From Candidatus Zixiibacteriota bacterium (lineage in GTDB: Bacteria; Zixibacteria; MSB-5A5; WJJR01): a stretch of 64,000 nt of DNA. A program made the position numbers and the translations under genes. This document shows positions 20,916 to 30,155 of this stretch, one piece after another. The notes under the pieces are model-generated. The model saw nothing but the letters and a program-made list of their open reading frames with translations, had not been told where the DNA came from and searched no databases. The stretch is taken from assembly GCA_036397555.1 (NCBI GenBank), contig DASWIS010000007.1:7583-71582 (forward strand), read 5' to 3'. The stretch's first letter is position 1, and every line of letters begins with the position of its first letter.

Positions 20916-20945
20916 TCGATTGCCGCTGATGTTTCCCTCACCCCG

Positions 20946-20968
20946 ACCCTCTCCCTCCGGGAGAGGGT
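20946..20968. repeat. Perfect 10-bp stem hairpin (ACCCTCTCCC TCC GGGAGAGGGT)
   Basis: Seen directly. Only one copy is present in this window. Confidence 0.6.
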
Positions 20969-21743
20969 GAAAAACGCTGCTGAGACCATCGCCGTGGCTC
21001 GTCCGCAACGTCGCATCTTCAATCGTTCCGACCGCTGGGAATCGGACTTCGTTCCCGAACGGCGCGCGCTGCTGGATGAGCCGCCGCCGCAATCGCGCCG
21101 GCTGGTGCGCTGGTTGATTGCGGCCACCGTGGCGCTGGTGGCGATGGCGGGATTGGGGCTGTATTTGCAATACCGCCCGCTCCCGTTTTCTCCCGACCGA
21201 TGGAAAAGCGCGGGCGCAGCCGAGCGCGGGCGCATGCTCTCCTCACTGCGCAAACAGACCGACTTTGTCGGATTCACGCGTCCGGAGGTCGAGTATTATC
21301 TGGGAGCGCCCGACTTTGACGAACGGCAGTTCTGGTACGATCTGGGGCGCGACACCTCGGGCGCGGCGCGGGATGCGCGCGCCCGCATCGGCGATCCGCA
21401 AAAACTCTACGGCGTGTTCAATTTCAGCGAAACCGGCGCAATCACCGAAGTGCTCTACTCACGGCGCCGTCCGGTGCTGGGATCGGCGCCGTTTGATTCT
21501 GCCGGCTGGTCCGATGGCAGTCCGACCGAGCGGCGTTTGATGTTCACCAACTCCCTGTCACGTCTGCGGTCGATCGGGCTGTCGTACGCCAACGCGCATC
21601 GGTTGTTGGGTCCGCATGACGGCATCCGGGTGCGCGGGCAATACGCCGCCGGCTCCGGCGGCGGCATGCTCGGGACTGCCAAAGCGTTGATCGTGGAGTA
21701 CGACGACCTGGATGTCGTGGTGTCGTCGCACGTGACGGAGTGA
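20967..21743 (+). CDS. Hypothetical N-terminally anchored protein
   Basis: A basic N-terminus is followed by the TM segment LVRWLIAATVALVAMAGLGLYL. The start is uncertain: GTG 20967 lies inside the hairpin, and GTG 20994 is an alternative. Confidence 0.5.
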   Translation: MKNAAETIAVARPQRRIFNRSDRWESDFVPERRALLDEPPPQSRRLVRWLIAATVALVAMAGLGLYLQYRPLPFSPDRWKSAGAAERGRMLSSLRKQTDFVGFTRPEVEYYLGAPDFDERQFWYDLGRDTSGAARDARARIGDPQKLYGVFNFSETGAITEVLYSRRRPVLGSAPFDSAGWSDGSPTERRLMFTNSLSRLRSIGLSYANAHRLLGPHDGIRVRGQYAAGSGGGMLGTAKALIVEYDDLDVVVSSHVTE

Positions 21744-21750
21744 GGGAGAT

Positions 21751-22872
21751 ATGAAAGTATTCCAGGCGGTTTGCTTCACGCTGCTGCTGGCGATGCCCAT
21801 TCATGCAGGCGTTTACGCGCGTACGTATGAACTGGTGGGTTTCAAGGAGAAGTTCCCGCACGGCAACTGGTGGACGGGGTGCAATCGCGAGTGGATCACT
21901 CGTTGGGAAACCGCCGGTGCACGGTGGTCGATCGAAGTGGGTTGCGACAGCACCTTTGACGAGAAGAACGAATCCAGCATTCGTGTCATGTTGCTGGACT
22001 CGACAGGAAAAACGTACTGGAACGAGATAGAGAATATCGGGGTCAGGCCATTTAAGGCTGCCCCTGCGTTTGCGACCGGCGGAGTGTTCGGGGAGACGGC
22101 CTACCTCTATGTTGCAATCAACAATCACGACTCGATCATCAGGGGACCGTGGGGCCCCGACGTCATCGAAGCGCGAGATGGATCAGCATTTTGCACGCCC
22201 GAGAAGTTGGAGATATTCTCACTCGATGGCATTCGGATTGGAGGAGTCACGCTACCGGATTCGCTCGCGCATTTTACGAAAGTCAGCACGGCACTCTCCG
22301 ACGGCGGACAGTTCATCGCGGTCGGGCTGATGGAGGTGTATGAGGATCGTCGATTTGACACACTTGGCTACAAGCGCCTGTTTCCCGGACCGCGTAAGAC
22401 AATGCTGGACCCGGGGATTGTTGCCGTATATCGCAGCACGGGAGAATTGGTCGGTGAGATCACGCTGACGAGAAAAACTGGCGGATGGCCCAGGCACGTC
22501 GCGCTGTCGGGTCATAATCCCCCCTTGATTGCGGTCATCAGCGATTATGGTCCTTCCATGTGGGGAGTCGCCGGCACACAAATCTGGTCGGATACTAACA
22601 TCTTTAGGCCGGCCAGCAGGATCTACCCAATGGATTACTTTGTGGCTGACGACGGGTCGCTCTTGGTGGCAACGCGCAATCCACACACGACACAGGATGG
22701 AAGTGACTGGCTGATTCGTGTGTGGGACCCGGATGGCAGTGTTGCAGCCGAACTCCCCCTGCCGAGCAAGATTCGTGAAGACGGTGATTACGGGTACTTC
22801 TTCGACTACGGCAACAACAGCATAAAATTTCAAACTCGCCGGTTCATCACCACAATCCGCTGGCGAGATTGA
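21751..22872 (+). CDS. Hypothetical secreted protein
   Basis: Signal peptide MKVFQAVCFTLLLAMPIHAG. No motif recognised. Confidence 0.65.
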   Translation: MKVFQAVCFTLLLAMPIHAGVYARTYELVGFKEKFPHGNWWTGCNREWITRWETAGARWSIEVGCDSTFDEKNESSIRVMLLDSTGKTYWNEIENIGVRPFKAAPAFATGGVFGETAYLYVAINNHDSIIRGPWGPDVIEARDGSAFCTPEKLEIFSLDGIRIGGVTLPDSLAHFTKVSTALSDGGQFIAVGLMEVYEDRRFDTLGYKRLFPGPRKTMLDPGIVAVYRSTGELVGEITLTRKTGGWPRHVALSGHNPPLIAVISDYGPSMWGVAGTQIWSDTNIFRPASRIYPMDYFVADDGSLLVATRNPHTTQDGSDWLIRVWDPDGSVAAELPLPSKIREDGDYGYFFDYGNNSIKFQTRRFITTIRWRD

Positions 22873-22930
22873 GCGCGTCGACAAAACACGCCGGGCGAGG
22901 ACGCCCGGCGGACACGATGTGAACTGTCGC

Positions 22931-23395
22931 TCACAGCCGGATCGATTCCACTTCCTTCTCGAAATGCCGGCGGTCATCGTCCTCGGCGATGCGTTTGCCC
23001 GCTTCGGTGGCGAGTTTGTGAAAGCGGCGGGCGTCATCCAAATCTCCCGCGACTGAGTGCGCGCGCGCCAGCGCTTCGTACGCGAACGCCAGGTCAAAGT
23101 CGCCGATGTCGTGGGCGAGGCAAATCTCCAGGCAACGTTTGGCATGATACAACGCTGCCTCCGGGCGTCTGAGCACTGAGTTGACGCGCGAGATGATCCA
23201 GTGGCCGCGCTCGAAGTTGAGCGGATGGCCGACCTTCTCCCAATGAAACGTCGAAGCGTGTGCGGCGTGGAGCATGGTGTCGTCGTCTTCGACTGTCCTT
23301 GATGGTTTGTCCAACAACGTCCAGGTGAAGTTGAAAAATCCCTTGGCGCATCGGGTGTGCCATTCGGTTTCTGTGTAGCGTTCGGTATCGGACAT
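22931..23395 (-). CDS. Hypothetical protein (154 aa)
   Basis: Only the segment from MSDTERYTETEW onward avoids overlap with htpX. It looks helical and TPR-like. The upstream 155 codons of ORF 22931-23860 were rejected. Confidence 0.6.
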   Translation of the reverse strand: MSDTERYTETEWHTRCAKGFFNFTWTLLDKPSRTVEDDDTMLHAAHASTFHWEKVGHPLNFERGHWIISRVNSVLRRPEAALYHAKRCLEICLAHDIGDFDLAFAYEALARAHSVAGDLDDARRFHKLATEAGKRIAEDDDRRHFEKEVESIRL

Positions 23396-23542
23396 GAGGG
23401 GAATATAGCACTCCCGGCGCCGCAGGGGCTCCTCCGGTTGATCCAACTTCCGATGCCGGTTTTCGTATAATGGTACCGGACGCCAACGTATCAGAAGCGG
23501 CATGGACGATGCCATACAGGCGTCCACGGAGGAAGAGAACGC

Positions 23543-24394
23543 ATGAACCGATTGAAGACACTGTTTCTGCTCACCACTCTGACCGTGTTGTTTCTCATCG
23601 TTGGCGCCGCGATCGGCGGGCAGCAGGGGATGTTCGTCGCGTTTCTGTTTGCGGTGGTGATGAACTTTTTCTCGTACTGGTTTTCCGACAAGATCGTCTT
23701 GTCGATGTACCATGCGCGCGCAGTCAGCGAGGCCGAGGCGCCTGAGCTGGTGGCGTTGGTCCGGTTGAATGCGCAGCGCGCCGGGCTGCCGATGCCGCGC
23801 GTCTACGTGATCCCCAACGGATCGCCGAATGCGTTTGCGACCGGACGCAATCCCGCGCACGCGGCGGTGGCCTTTACCGAGGGCATCATGAAGCTGTTGT
23901 CACGCGATGAACTCGAGGGCGTCATCGCGCACGAGCTGGCGCACATCAAGAATCGCGACATCCTGACACAGACCGTCGCCGCGACCATCGCCGGCGCGAT
24001 CTCGATGCTGGCGTATATGGCGCAATGGGGGGCGATGTTCGGCGCCTACGGCGGACGCGACCGCAACAGCGGCGGCAATATCATCGGCCTGTTGGCGATG
24101 GCGATCATCGCGCCGTTGGCGGCGATGTTCGTGCAGATGGCGATTTCCCGGTCGCGAGAGTTCGCCGCCGATGCCTCCGGCGCCCGCATCTGCGGCAATC
24201 CCCGGGGGCTGGCGTCGGCGTTGCGCAAACTGCACGAGGGCACACACCGTCGTCCGCTGGCCGCCAACCAGGCGACCGCACACATGTTCATCGTGAGCCC
24301 GCTGACCGGACGCTCGTTCTCGCGCCTCTTCTCGACCCATCCGCCCGTCGAGGAGCGTATTGCGCGTCTGGAGCAGATGGTTTATTCTCGTTAA
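23543..24394 (+). CDS. htpX: M48-family zinc protease HtpX
   Basis: [12 protein letters not shown] topology and a C-terminal HPPVEERI motif. Confidence 0.9.
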   Translation: MNRLKTLFLLTTLTVLFLIVGAAIGGQQGMFVAFLFAVVMNFFSYWFSDKIVLSMYHARAVSEAEAPELVALVRLNAQRAGLPMPRVYVIPNGSPNAFATGRNPAHAAVAFTEGIMKLLSRDELEGVIAHELAHIKNRDILTQTVAATIAGAISMLAYMAQWGAMFGAYGGRDRNSGGNIIGLLAMAIIAPLAAMFVQMAISRSREFAADASGARICGNPRGLASALRKLHEGTHRRPLAANQATAHMFIVSPLTGRSFSRLFSTHPPVEERIARLEQMVYSR

Positions 24395-24564
24395 AGCAAA
24401 CCCCGTACAAATCGGTAAGACCGGTCGGCGCGCGGCGTCGGATCGATCTGCCGGTGCGGGACGTGCGGCGGCACCATGAGCCACGACGACCCTCCGGGCC
24501 AACCTCCGAGTCGAACGCCCCATAGCGGTTTCCGGCGCGCGCGCCGTCGAAGTGAGTTTTTCCG

Positions 24565-25866
24565 ATGACGATCGGCGGTGAACTGGCGCTGATCGCGCTG
24601 CTGATTCTCTGCAACGGTTTCTTCGCCGGGGCCGAGGCGGCCCTGATCGCGGTGCGTCAGACGCGCGTCAACGAGCTGGCCGCCAAAAGCGGCATCGCCG
24701 GGCGCGCGCTGCAAAAGCTCAAGCAGCAGCCGGAACGTTTTCTGGCGACGGTGCAGGTCGGGATCACGCTGGTCGGAACCCTGGCCTCAGTCGTCTCGGG
24801 CGCGACCGTGGTCGTGGCGCTGGAACCGCGCATCGCCGCGTGGCCATTGAAGTTGGCGCAACGTTGGCCCGAACAGATCGCCATCGGCATCGTCGTCGCG
24901 GCGATTTCGCTGGCCTCGCTGATCTTCGGCGAACTGGTTCCCAAATACATCGCGCTGGCACACCCCGGGCGCGTCGCCTTGTTCGCCGCGCGGCCGATTG
25001 CGATCCTCTCGCGGCTGGGTCATCCGCTCGTCGTCGTGCTGTCGGCGACCGCGCGGCTGGTGGCGAGGCTGTTCGGGCTGAACCCGACGACGCGGGCGAC
25101 CGGCGTCTCCGATCAGGAGATTCGTTTGCTGGTCATGGAGGGCAGTCTCCACGGTTCCATCGACGACGTCGAGCACGAGATGATCCACCAGACGCTCGAC
25201 TTCTCCGAAACCAAGGCGCGTCAGGTGATGACGCCGCGCACCGATATCGCCGCCATCGACACGGCGATGACCGTCGAGGGAATGCTGCAGTTTATTCGCG
25301 AGGAGGCCTACTCGCGCTATCCGGTCTACACCGAGACCATCGACAAGATCAGGGGCGTTCTCTTTACCAAGGATGTCATCCACTTGCTCACGCAGGGTTC
25401 CCCGATCATCCTCCACGATCTGATCCGGTCCGTGCAGTTTGTGCCCGATTCGATGTCGATCTCGAAAGTGCTGGCGATCTTTCAGGCGGAACGGCGGCAC
25501 ATTGCGATCGTGCTCGACGAATTCGGCGGCACCGCGGGATTGATCACGCTCGAAGACGTCGTCGAGGAGATCGTCGGCGACATTCAGGATGAGTACGACG
25601 CCGAGCCGGAGAGTTATCGGCGGCTCGACGACGGCACCGCGCTGGTCGCCGCCGAAACGGCGGTGATCGATTTCAACGAGCATTTCGGCTGCGCGTTGCC
25701 GACCGACCGCGGCGACACGCTCGGCGGGTTGTTTGTCACGACACTCGACCGGGTTCCGCACCGGGGCGACCGGATCGAACTGGCGGGCGTGCAACTGGAT
25801 CTGGTGACCCTGCACGGGCACCGGATCAAGCGGCTGCGGGCGCGACACGTCAACCGTCCGTGCTGA
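24565..25866 (+). CDS. CNNM/DUF21-CBS-CorC_HlyC family membrane protein
   Basis: The N-terminal pattern LILCNGFFAGAEAALIAV is followed by a CBS pair and a CorC/HlyC-type C-terminus. Confidence 0.85.
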   Translation: MTIGGELALIALLILCNGFFAGAEAALIAVRQTRVNELAAKSGIAGRALQKLKQQPERFLATVQVGITLVGTLASVVSGATVVVALEPRIAAWPLKLAQRWPEQIAIGIVVAAISLASLIFGELVPKYIALAHPGRVALFAARPIAILSRLGHPLVVVLSATARLVARLFGLNPTTRATGVSDQEIRLLVMEGSLHGSIDDVEHEMIHQTLDFSETKARQVMTPRTDIAAIDTAMTVEGMLQFIREEAYSRYPVYTETIDKIRGVLFTKDVIHLLTQGSPIILHDLIRSVQFVPDSMSISKVLAIFQAERRHIAIVLDEFGGTAGLITLEDVVEEIVGDIQDEYDAEPESYRRLDDGTALVAAETAVIDFNEHFGCALPTDRGDTLGGLFVTTLDRVPHRGDRIELAGVQLDLVTLHGHRIKRLRARHVNRPC

Positions 25867-25992
25867 AGTGGGTTCGGCTCAGCCCACCGTGTCCGTTGCC
25901 CAGATCGTGAGCGCATGACCCACCGCCAACCTTGCAACTCTCTCGCAGCGGCTCCGTAGCAGAAGGCAGGGAAACACGACCGGGCAGGTGAG

Positions 25993-27009
25993 ATGATGAA
26001 CGTTGCCGACTTTGAACATTTTCGGTCGCTGCTGTTGGAACGCGAGGAGTCGCTGTCGGAATGGCTCGAAGACGGCGCGCGTCCGGGGGCAGTCGAGACG
26101 CAGAAGGTCCGCGAGTTGATGACGGAGATCAAAGACGCCCTGGCCCGTATGGAGAGGGGCAGCTTCGGCAACTGCGCGGCCTGCGACGGCACCGTCGAGA
26201 TGCACCGCCTCGAAGTGCAGCCGATCCGTCAGATCTGCCTGGATTGTCTCAGTCCCGACGAGCGCAACCGGCTGGAGGAGGAACTCTACCTGGCCAGCCG
26301 CATTCACCGCGCGCTGCTGCCGCAGGAAGTCGAGCAGATCGACGGGTACGAGCTGGCGGTCAAGTCGCTGGCGGCGCATGTGGTCGGCGGCGATTATTAC
26401 GACATTCTCGCTCCGGCCAACGGCGGACCGGCACGTGTGGTGATCGCCGACACGATGGGCAAGGGACTGCCCGCCGGGTTGGTGATGTCGAATCTGCAGG
26501 GCGCCTTGCGCATTCTCGCCGCCGATATCGAGTCGCCGGCGAAATTGTTATCGCGACTCAACCACTGGCTGTGCCGCAATATCCCGGTCTCGCACTTCGT
26601 GTCGATGGCGATCGTCGCCCTGCAGCCGGGCGAACGATCGGCGCATACGCTGGTGCATGCCAGCGCCGGGCATTGCCCATCGATTCTGGCGCGCACCGAT
26701 GGTTCCGTCGAGTTGCTCGATTCGACGGGGACTGTCATCGGTGTGCACGAAGACTTCACACACATCGAGGAGCACTACCCGATGTCCCCCGGCGATCTGC
26801 TGGTGCTCTACACCGACGGCGTCACCGAGGCGGTCAATCCGCACGGCGGCATGTTCGGCGATGACCGTCTGGCCGACTTCGTCCGTGCCCATCGCGATCG
26901 TCCCACGGTCGAGTTGATCGAGACACTCGCCGATGAGGTCCTGTCGTTCTCCGATCGCCCCGATTTCGAAGATGATTTCACGGTCATCGCACTCCGCAAG
27001 ACCCTCTGA
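25993..27009 (+). CDS. PP2C/SpoIIE-family phosphatase with N-terminal DksA/TraR-type C4 zinc finger
   Basis: CAAC-x17-CLDC (26173-26247) follows a coiled-coil-like segment. The PP2C blocks GGDYYD, ADTMGKGLPAG, YTDGVTEA and DDFTVIAL are present. Confidence 0.85.
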   Translation: MMNVADFEHFRSLLLEREESLSEWLEDGARPGAVETQKVRELMTEIKDALARMERGSFGNCAACDGTVEMHRLEVQPIRQICLDCLSPDERNRLEEELYLASRIHRALLPQEVEQIDGYELAVKSLAAHVVGGDYYDILAPANGGPARVVIADTMGKGLPAGLVMSNLQGALRILAADIESPAKLLSRLNHWLCRNIPVSHFVSMAIVALQPGERSAHTLVHASAGHCPSILARTDGSVELLDSTGTVIGVHEDFTHIEEHYPMSPGDLLVLYTDGVTEAVNPHGGMFGDDRLADFVRAHRDRPTVELIETLADEVLSFSDRPDFEDDFTVIALRKTL

Positions 27010-27032
27010 TCTTCCTGCAATATCATGGTGCC

Positions 27033-27180
27033 CCGGTCAGCCCAAGGCCTGACCGGCACACGCTGTATCATTCTGTTGAGGTCAGCTCATTCCGCGCGGG
27101 TCAGCCAGGCACTGTCCGCTTCGCTGAGGACACATCGACGGTCAGCCCCTTCCGTGCGGGTCAGCCCTTGGGCCGACCCG
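27033..27180. repeat. Patchwork of family A palindromes and half-sites, plus a family D-like core
   Basis: CCGGTCAGCCCAAGGCCTGACCGG (27033-27056); two GGTCAGC-N10-GGGTCAGCC units; CGGGTCAGCCCTTGGGCCGACCCG (27157-27180). Confidence 0.75.
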
Positions 27181-27900
27181 TTTCATCGTGCGTGTTCATC
27201 GCGCACCCCCAAATCCATCCAGTCTGCCCTTCTGAAAAAAGTCGCCCCGAACATCACTTTTTCTCTTGCGGGTCGGTGCGAGCACCATTAAATCTACTGC
27301 TGGGGCGATTGGTAAGTCTCCGAAAGTCAAAACGCCCATAAAGTTGCGCGAGAGTATGAATGCGACCGATCATGTCGCGCAGCCAAGCAGTTGTCGATAA
27401 GCGGCTTGTGCTCGTCAGACAGCAGGGAAAGAGTAACACGGGGGGGTGTCGTAATGCAGTTTTGGACCGCGTTTTGGGCTGTGGTCCCGCCGATCACATT
27501 GCTGGCGCTGACATTCGGCCAGTTCTTCCGGCGTGACATGCAGCGTCGTCTGTCAAACAAGGGAGCGGAAAGCTCGGTTTGAGGGCGGGGAGTCCGGCAT
27601 CGCCAGAGGCGATCAAGCATGACAGAGGGGGCGGCCTTCGGAAAACGATCCGGGGGCCGCTTTTCGCTATGGCGTAGTATGTTGGTAATCAATCAGATAA
27701 GTTCGCTGGAGGTGGGGGTAGGTCCCGGAATTGCGATTTGATTCAAACTGGGTGTTGGCCGAAAAAGTACAATAGATGTAAATTATCCACAACGAATGGT
27801 GATGACACAGCTTCTGACCAACTCTCTTCAACCGCCCCTCGCTGGTGAGTGGAACCCGGCGTGGGGTTTAACCATAGATGCGTCCCTCAAGGAGGCCGTA

Positions 27901-28152
27901 ATGAACGCCAGCCAACGGTGCGAGGCGTGCGGGATGCCGATGTCGCAGGTGTCACAACATGCCAACGGCGACGCCGCCAGCCGCTATTGCCTCTACTGCA
28001 CCACACCGGCCGGTGACCTCAAACCCCGGGATGAAATCCGGGAGGGGATGATTCAGTACATGATGAGCCTGGAGAACTGGGCGCGCACACAGGCGGAGAC
28101 CGCGGTCGATCAGCAGATGCGGTCGCTGCCCGCGTGGCAGGGCGCCGCATGA
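27901..28152 (+). CDS. Putative zinc-ribbon domain protein
   Basis: The pattern is CEACGMPM...SRYCLYC. AAGGAGG precedes ATG 27901. Confidence 0.6.
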   Translation: MNASQRCEACGMPMSQVSQHANGDAASRYCLYCTTPAGDLKPRDEIREGMIQYMMSLENWARTQAETAVDQQMRSLPAWQGAA

Positions 28153-28183
28153 CCCAGGCATCGTACTGACTCTGTCACTCAAG

Positions 28184-28213
28184 ACCCCCCGTCGTGAGAC
28201 GGGGGGTTTTTTT
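28184..28213 (+). terminator. Rho-independent terminator
   Basis: ACCCCCCGTC GTGA GACGGGGGGT followed by TTTTTTT. Confidence 0.8.
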
Positions 28214-28335
28214 ATGCGCGGAGTGTACGGTGAGTATTTGCAGACAGGAACACGGCATCGAGGACTACCACGGCGGACCACAAGTGATGCAATGCGGGGG
28301 CTCCTGACCTATAAAGTCTTACATCGCTTCGTGAT

Positions 28336-28362
28336 GCCGTCAGCCCAAGGGCTGACCGGCAC
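28336..28362. repeat. Palindromic repeat, family A
   Basis: GCCGTCAGCCCAAGGGCTGACCGGCAC, intergenic. Confidence 0.8.
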
Positions 28363-28374
28363 AGGAGTGCGCCC

Positions 28375-29043
28375 TCACTTTTTGCGCGCCAGCGCCTTCT
28401 GGATGTACGGGATCGCGTCGGGGGTTTTGCAGCCGGTTTCGCCGTGGTCGACTTCGACTTTGCCGATGCGTCCGGCGGCGGCGAGTGCCTTCTGTGTGAG
28501 CTGGGAGCGGTAGATGCCGATTCCCATCAGCGCGCCGTTCATGCTGTGACGGGCGCGGTTGGGCGATGAGTGAATTTCCTTCTCGATAGTCTTGAGGTAC
28601 TTCTCGCAGTCGGCATCGGAGATGTCGACGCCGTCTCGAAGCAGCCCGCCCAAGATGTTGTAGCCGCAGGCGCGCACGAACTCCTTCTTCGACTGCATCC
28701 ATTTGTCCATTGTGGCGCGGGCGAATGGCGCGCGGGCAATGACAGCGGAGAGCAGATCGGAGAGCAGGTAGTAGCTGATGCCGGCGATCCATTTGTCGGC
28801 CTGCGCCGGTTTGAGCTGCGACGGGTCGATGATCATGGTCGCCAACGATTGGGCGTCGGAGTTGCCGGTCTCCCAGAGCTGTACGCCGAGTGCGTGGTCG
28901 ATTTTGATCTTCCTTTTGAGCTCGCCCAAATGCGCGAAGCTGACGCCGAAGAGGTTGTCGCCGGCGCCGTGACGTTTGTAAATCTTCACGTTTTGCGCGG
29001 TGCCGCGCTTTTTCAGTTCGGACATGACTTGGTCGAGGGTCAT
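28375..29043 (-). CDS. DNA alkylation repair (AlkD-like HEAT repeat) family protein
   Basis: MTLDQVMSELKKRGTAQNVKIYKRHGA...FGVSFAHLGELKRKI matches the pattern of that family. The upstream 33 codons cross a family B palindrome and were dropped. Confidence 0.7.
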   Translation of the reverse strand: MTLDQVMSELKKRGTAQNVKIYKRHGAGDNLFGVSFAHLGELKRKIKIDHALGVQLWETGNSDAQSLATMIIDPSQLKPAQADKWIAGISYYLLSDLLSAVIARAPFARATMDKWMQSKKEFVRACGYNILGGLLRDGVDISDADCEKYLKTIEKEIHSSPNRARHSMNGALMGIGIYRSQLTQKALAAAGRIGKVEVDHGETGCKTPDAIPYIQKALARKK

Positions 29044-29067
29044 GGGGTTGTGCTCCTGTATCTCAGT

Positions 29068-29095
29068 GAGGGCACGGCACGCCGTGCCCCTACGC
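29068..29095. repeat. Palindromic repeat, family B
   Basis: GAGGGCACGGCACGCCGTGCCCCTACGC, between two minus-strand genes. Confidence 0.8.
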
Positions 29096-29110
29096 AGAAT
29101 CTGTCGTCTA

Positions 29111-29866
29111 TCATCCGCACAATACCGCGCCGCCGTTGACATTCAATATCTCGCCGGTGATGAAGCTGGCCCAGTCGGATGCGAGAAAGACAATGGCGCC
29201 CGCCAATTCCTCGGCTTGCGCCGGACGGTCCATTGGGATCAATGACACATGCTTGTCCGCGTCGGGTTCGGTGAGGGCGTTATGTGACATGTCGGTATCG
29301 ACCCAGCCGGGGGCGACACAATTGACACGGATGCCGTCGGGGGCGAGTTCGGTTGCCCATGATTTGGTCGCCGAGATCACCGCGCCCTTAGTGGCGGCGT
29401 AGTGCGAATGCAACGCCTCGCCGCGTTGCCCGGCGGTCGACGAGATATTGACGACTGCGCCCTTCGTTTGTTGCAAATGCGGCAGTGCCGCGCGCGTGCA
29501 ATAGAAGATGCTCTTAAGGTTGACCGCCAGCATCTGCTCAAGCTGCGCGTCGGTCATGGAGGCGAGCGGCGCTTCGGTCCAGATGCCGGCGTTGTTGACC
29601 AGGACATCGAGCCGACCGAAATCTTCGACCGCCTGCGCGATCAGGTGATCGACCGCCCGGGGGTCGGCGACATCGGCGCGGTAGGTGCGCGCGGTCACGC
29701 CGAATTGCGACAGGTCATCCAACAGTGAATCGGCGGCTTGCTCGTTCTGATGGTAATTGGCGGCGATGTGGGCGCCGTGTTCGGCGAAGAGGATCGCCGC
29801 GGCACAGCCGATGCCGCGTGATGCGCCCGTGATCAGGACGGTTTTGCCGGTGAAGTCGATGGTCAC
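29111..29866 (-). CDS. Short-chain dehydrogenase/reductase (FabG-like)
   Basis: TGASRGIG, NNAG and a YxxxK context are present. GTG start at 29866 (VTIDFTGKTVLITG). The remaining 116 upstream codons cover repeats. Confidence 0.85.
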   Translation of the reverse strand: MTIDFTGKTVLITGASRGIGCAAAILFAEHGAHIAANYHQNEQAADSLLDDLSQFGVTARTYRADVADPRAVDHLIAQAVEDFGRLDVLVNNAGIWTEAPLASMTDAQLEQMLAVNLKSIFYCTRAALPHLQQTKGAVVNISSTAGQRGEALHSHYAATKGAVISATKSWATELAPDGIRVNCVAPGWVDTDMSHNALTEPDADKHVSLIPMDRPAQAEELAGAIVFLASDWASFITGEILNVNGGAVLCG

Positions 29867-29972
29867 GACCTGACAATATACAGGTATCGAGATCGTACGG
29901 CCATGGGGCCCGCCCCACACATCCCATTGGGACCAAGGCCGGGCACGGCCCGCCGCTGGTCCTGCGGGTCCC

Positions 29973-30000
29973 GCTTGTCCCGAGCGTAGCCGAGGGAAGC
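29973..30000 (-). repeat. Dispersed short repeat, family D
   Basis: Its reverse complement, GCTTCCCTCGGCTACGCTCGGGACAAGC, matches 145-172. Confidence 0.7.
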
Positions 30001-30155
30001 GGATGCGCGGGGAGCGAAGCGAACGGGCGCCCCCGCGGAGCTCATTCCCGGCTGGATCAAGCCCGTGGCCATCCTCGGAGCGACAGGTTAGAGACGATAC
30101 CCGATGGGCGGCCCAATCCCTTATATATGTACAGTTTGCCGGCTTGAGATCACCC

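Noticed and set aside
27783-27791. Perfect DnaA box TTATCCACA as a marker of oriC
   Set aside because: It is a single isolated box about 12 kb from dnaA with no cluster of further boxes. It is more likely a promoter-level site or chance. It is kept only as a minor note.
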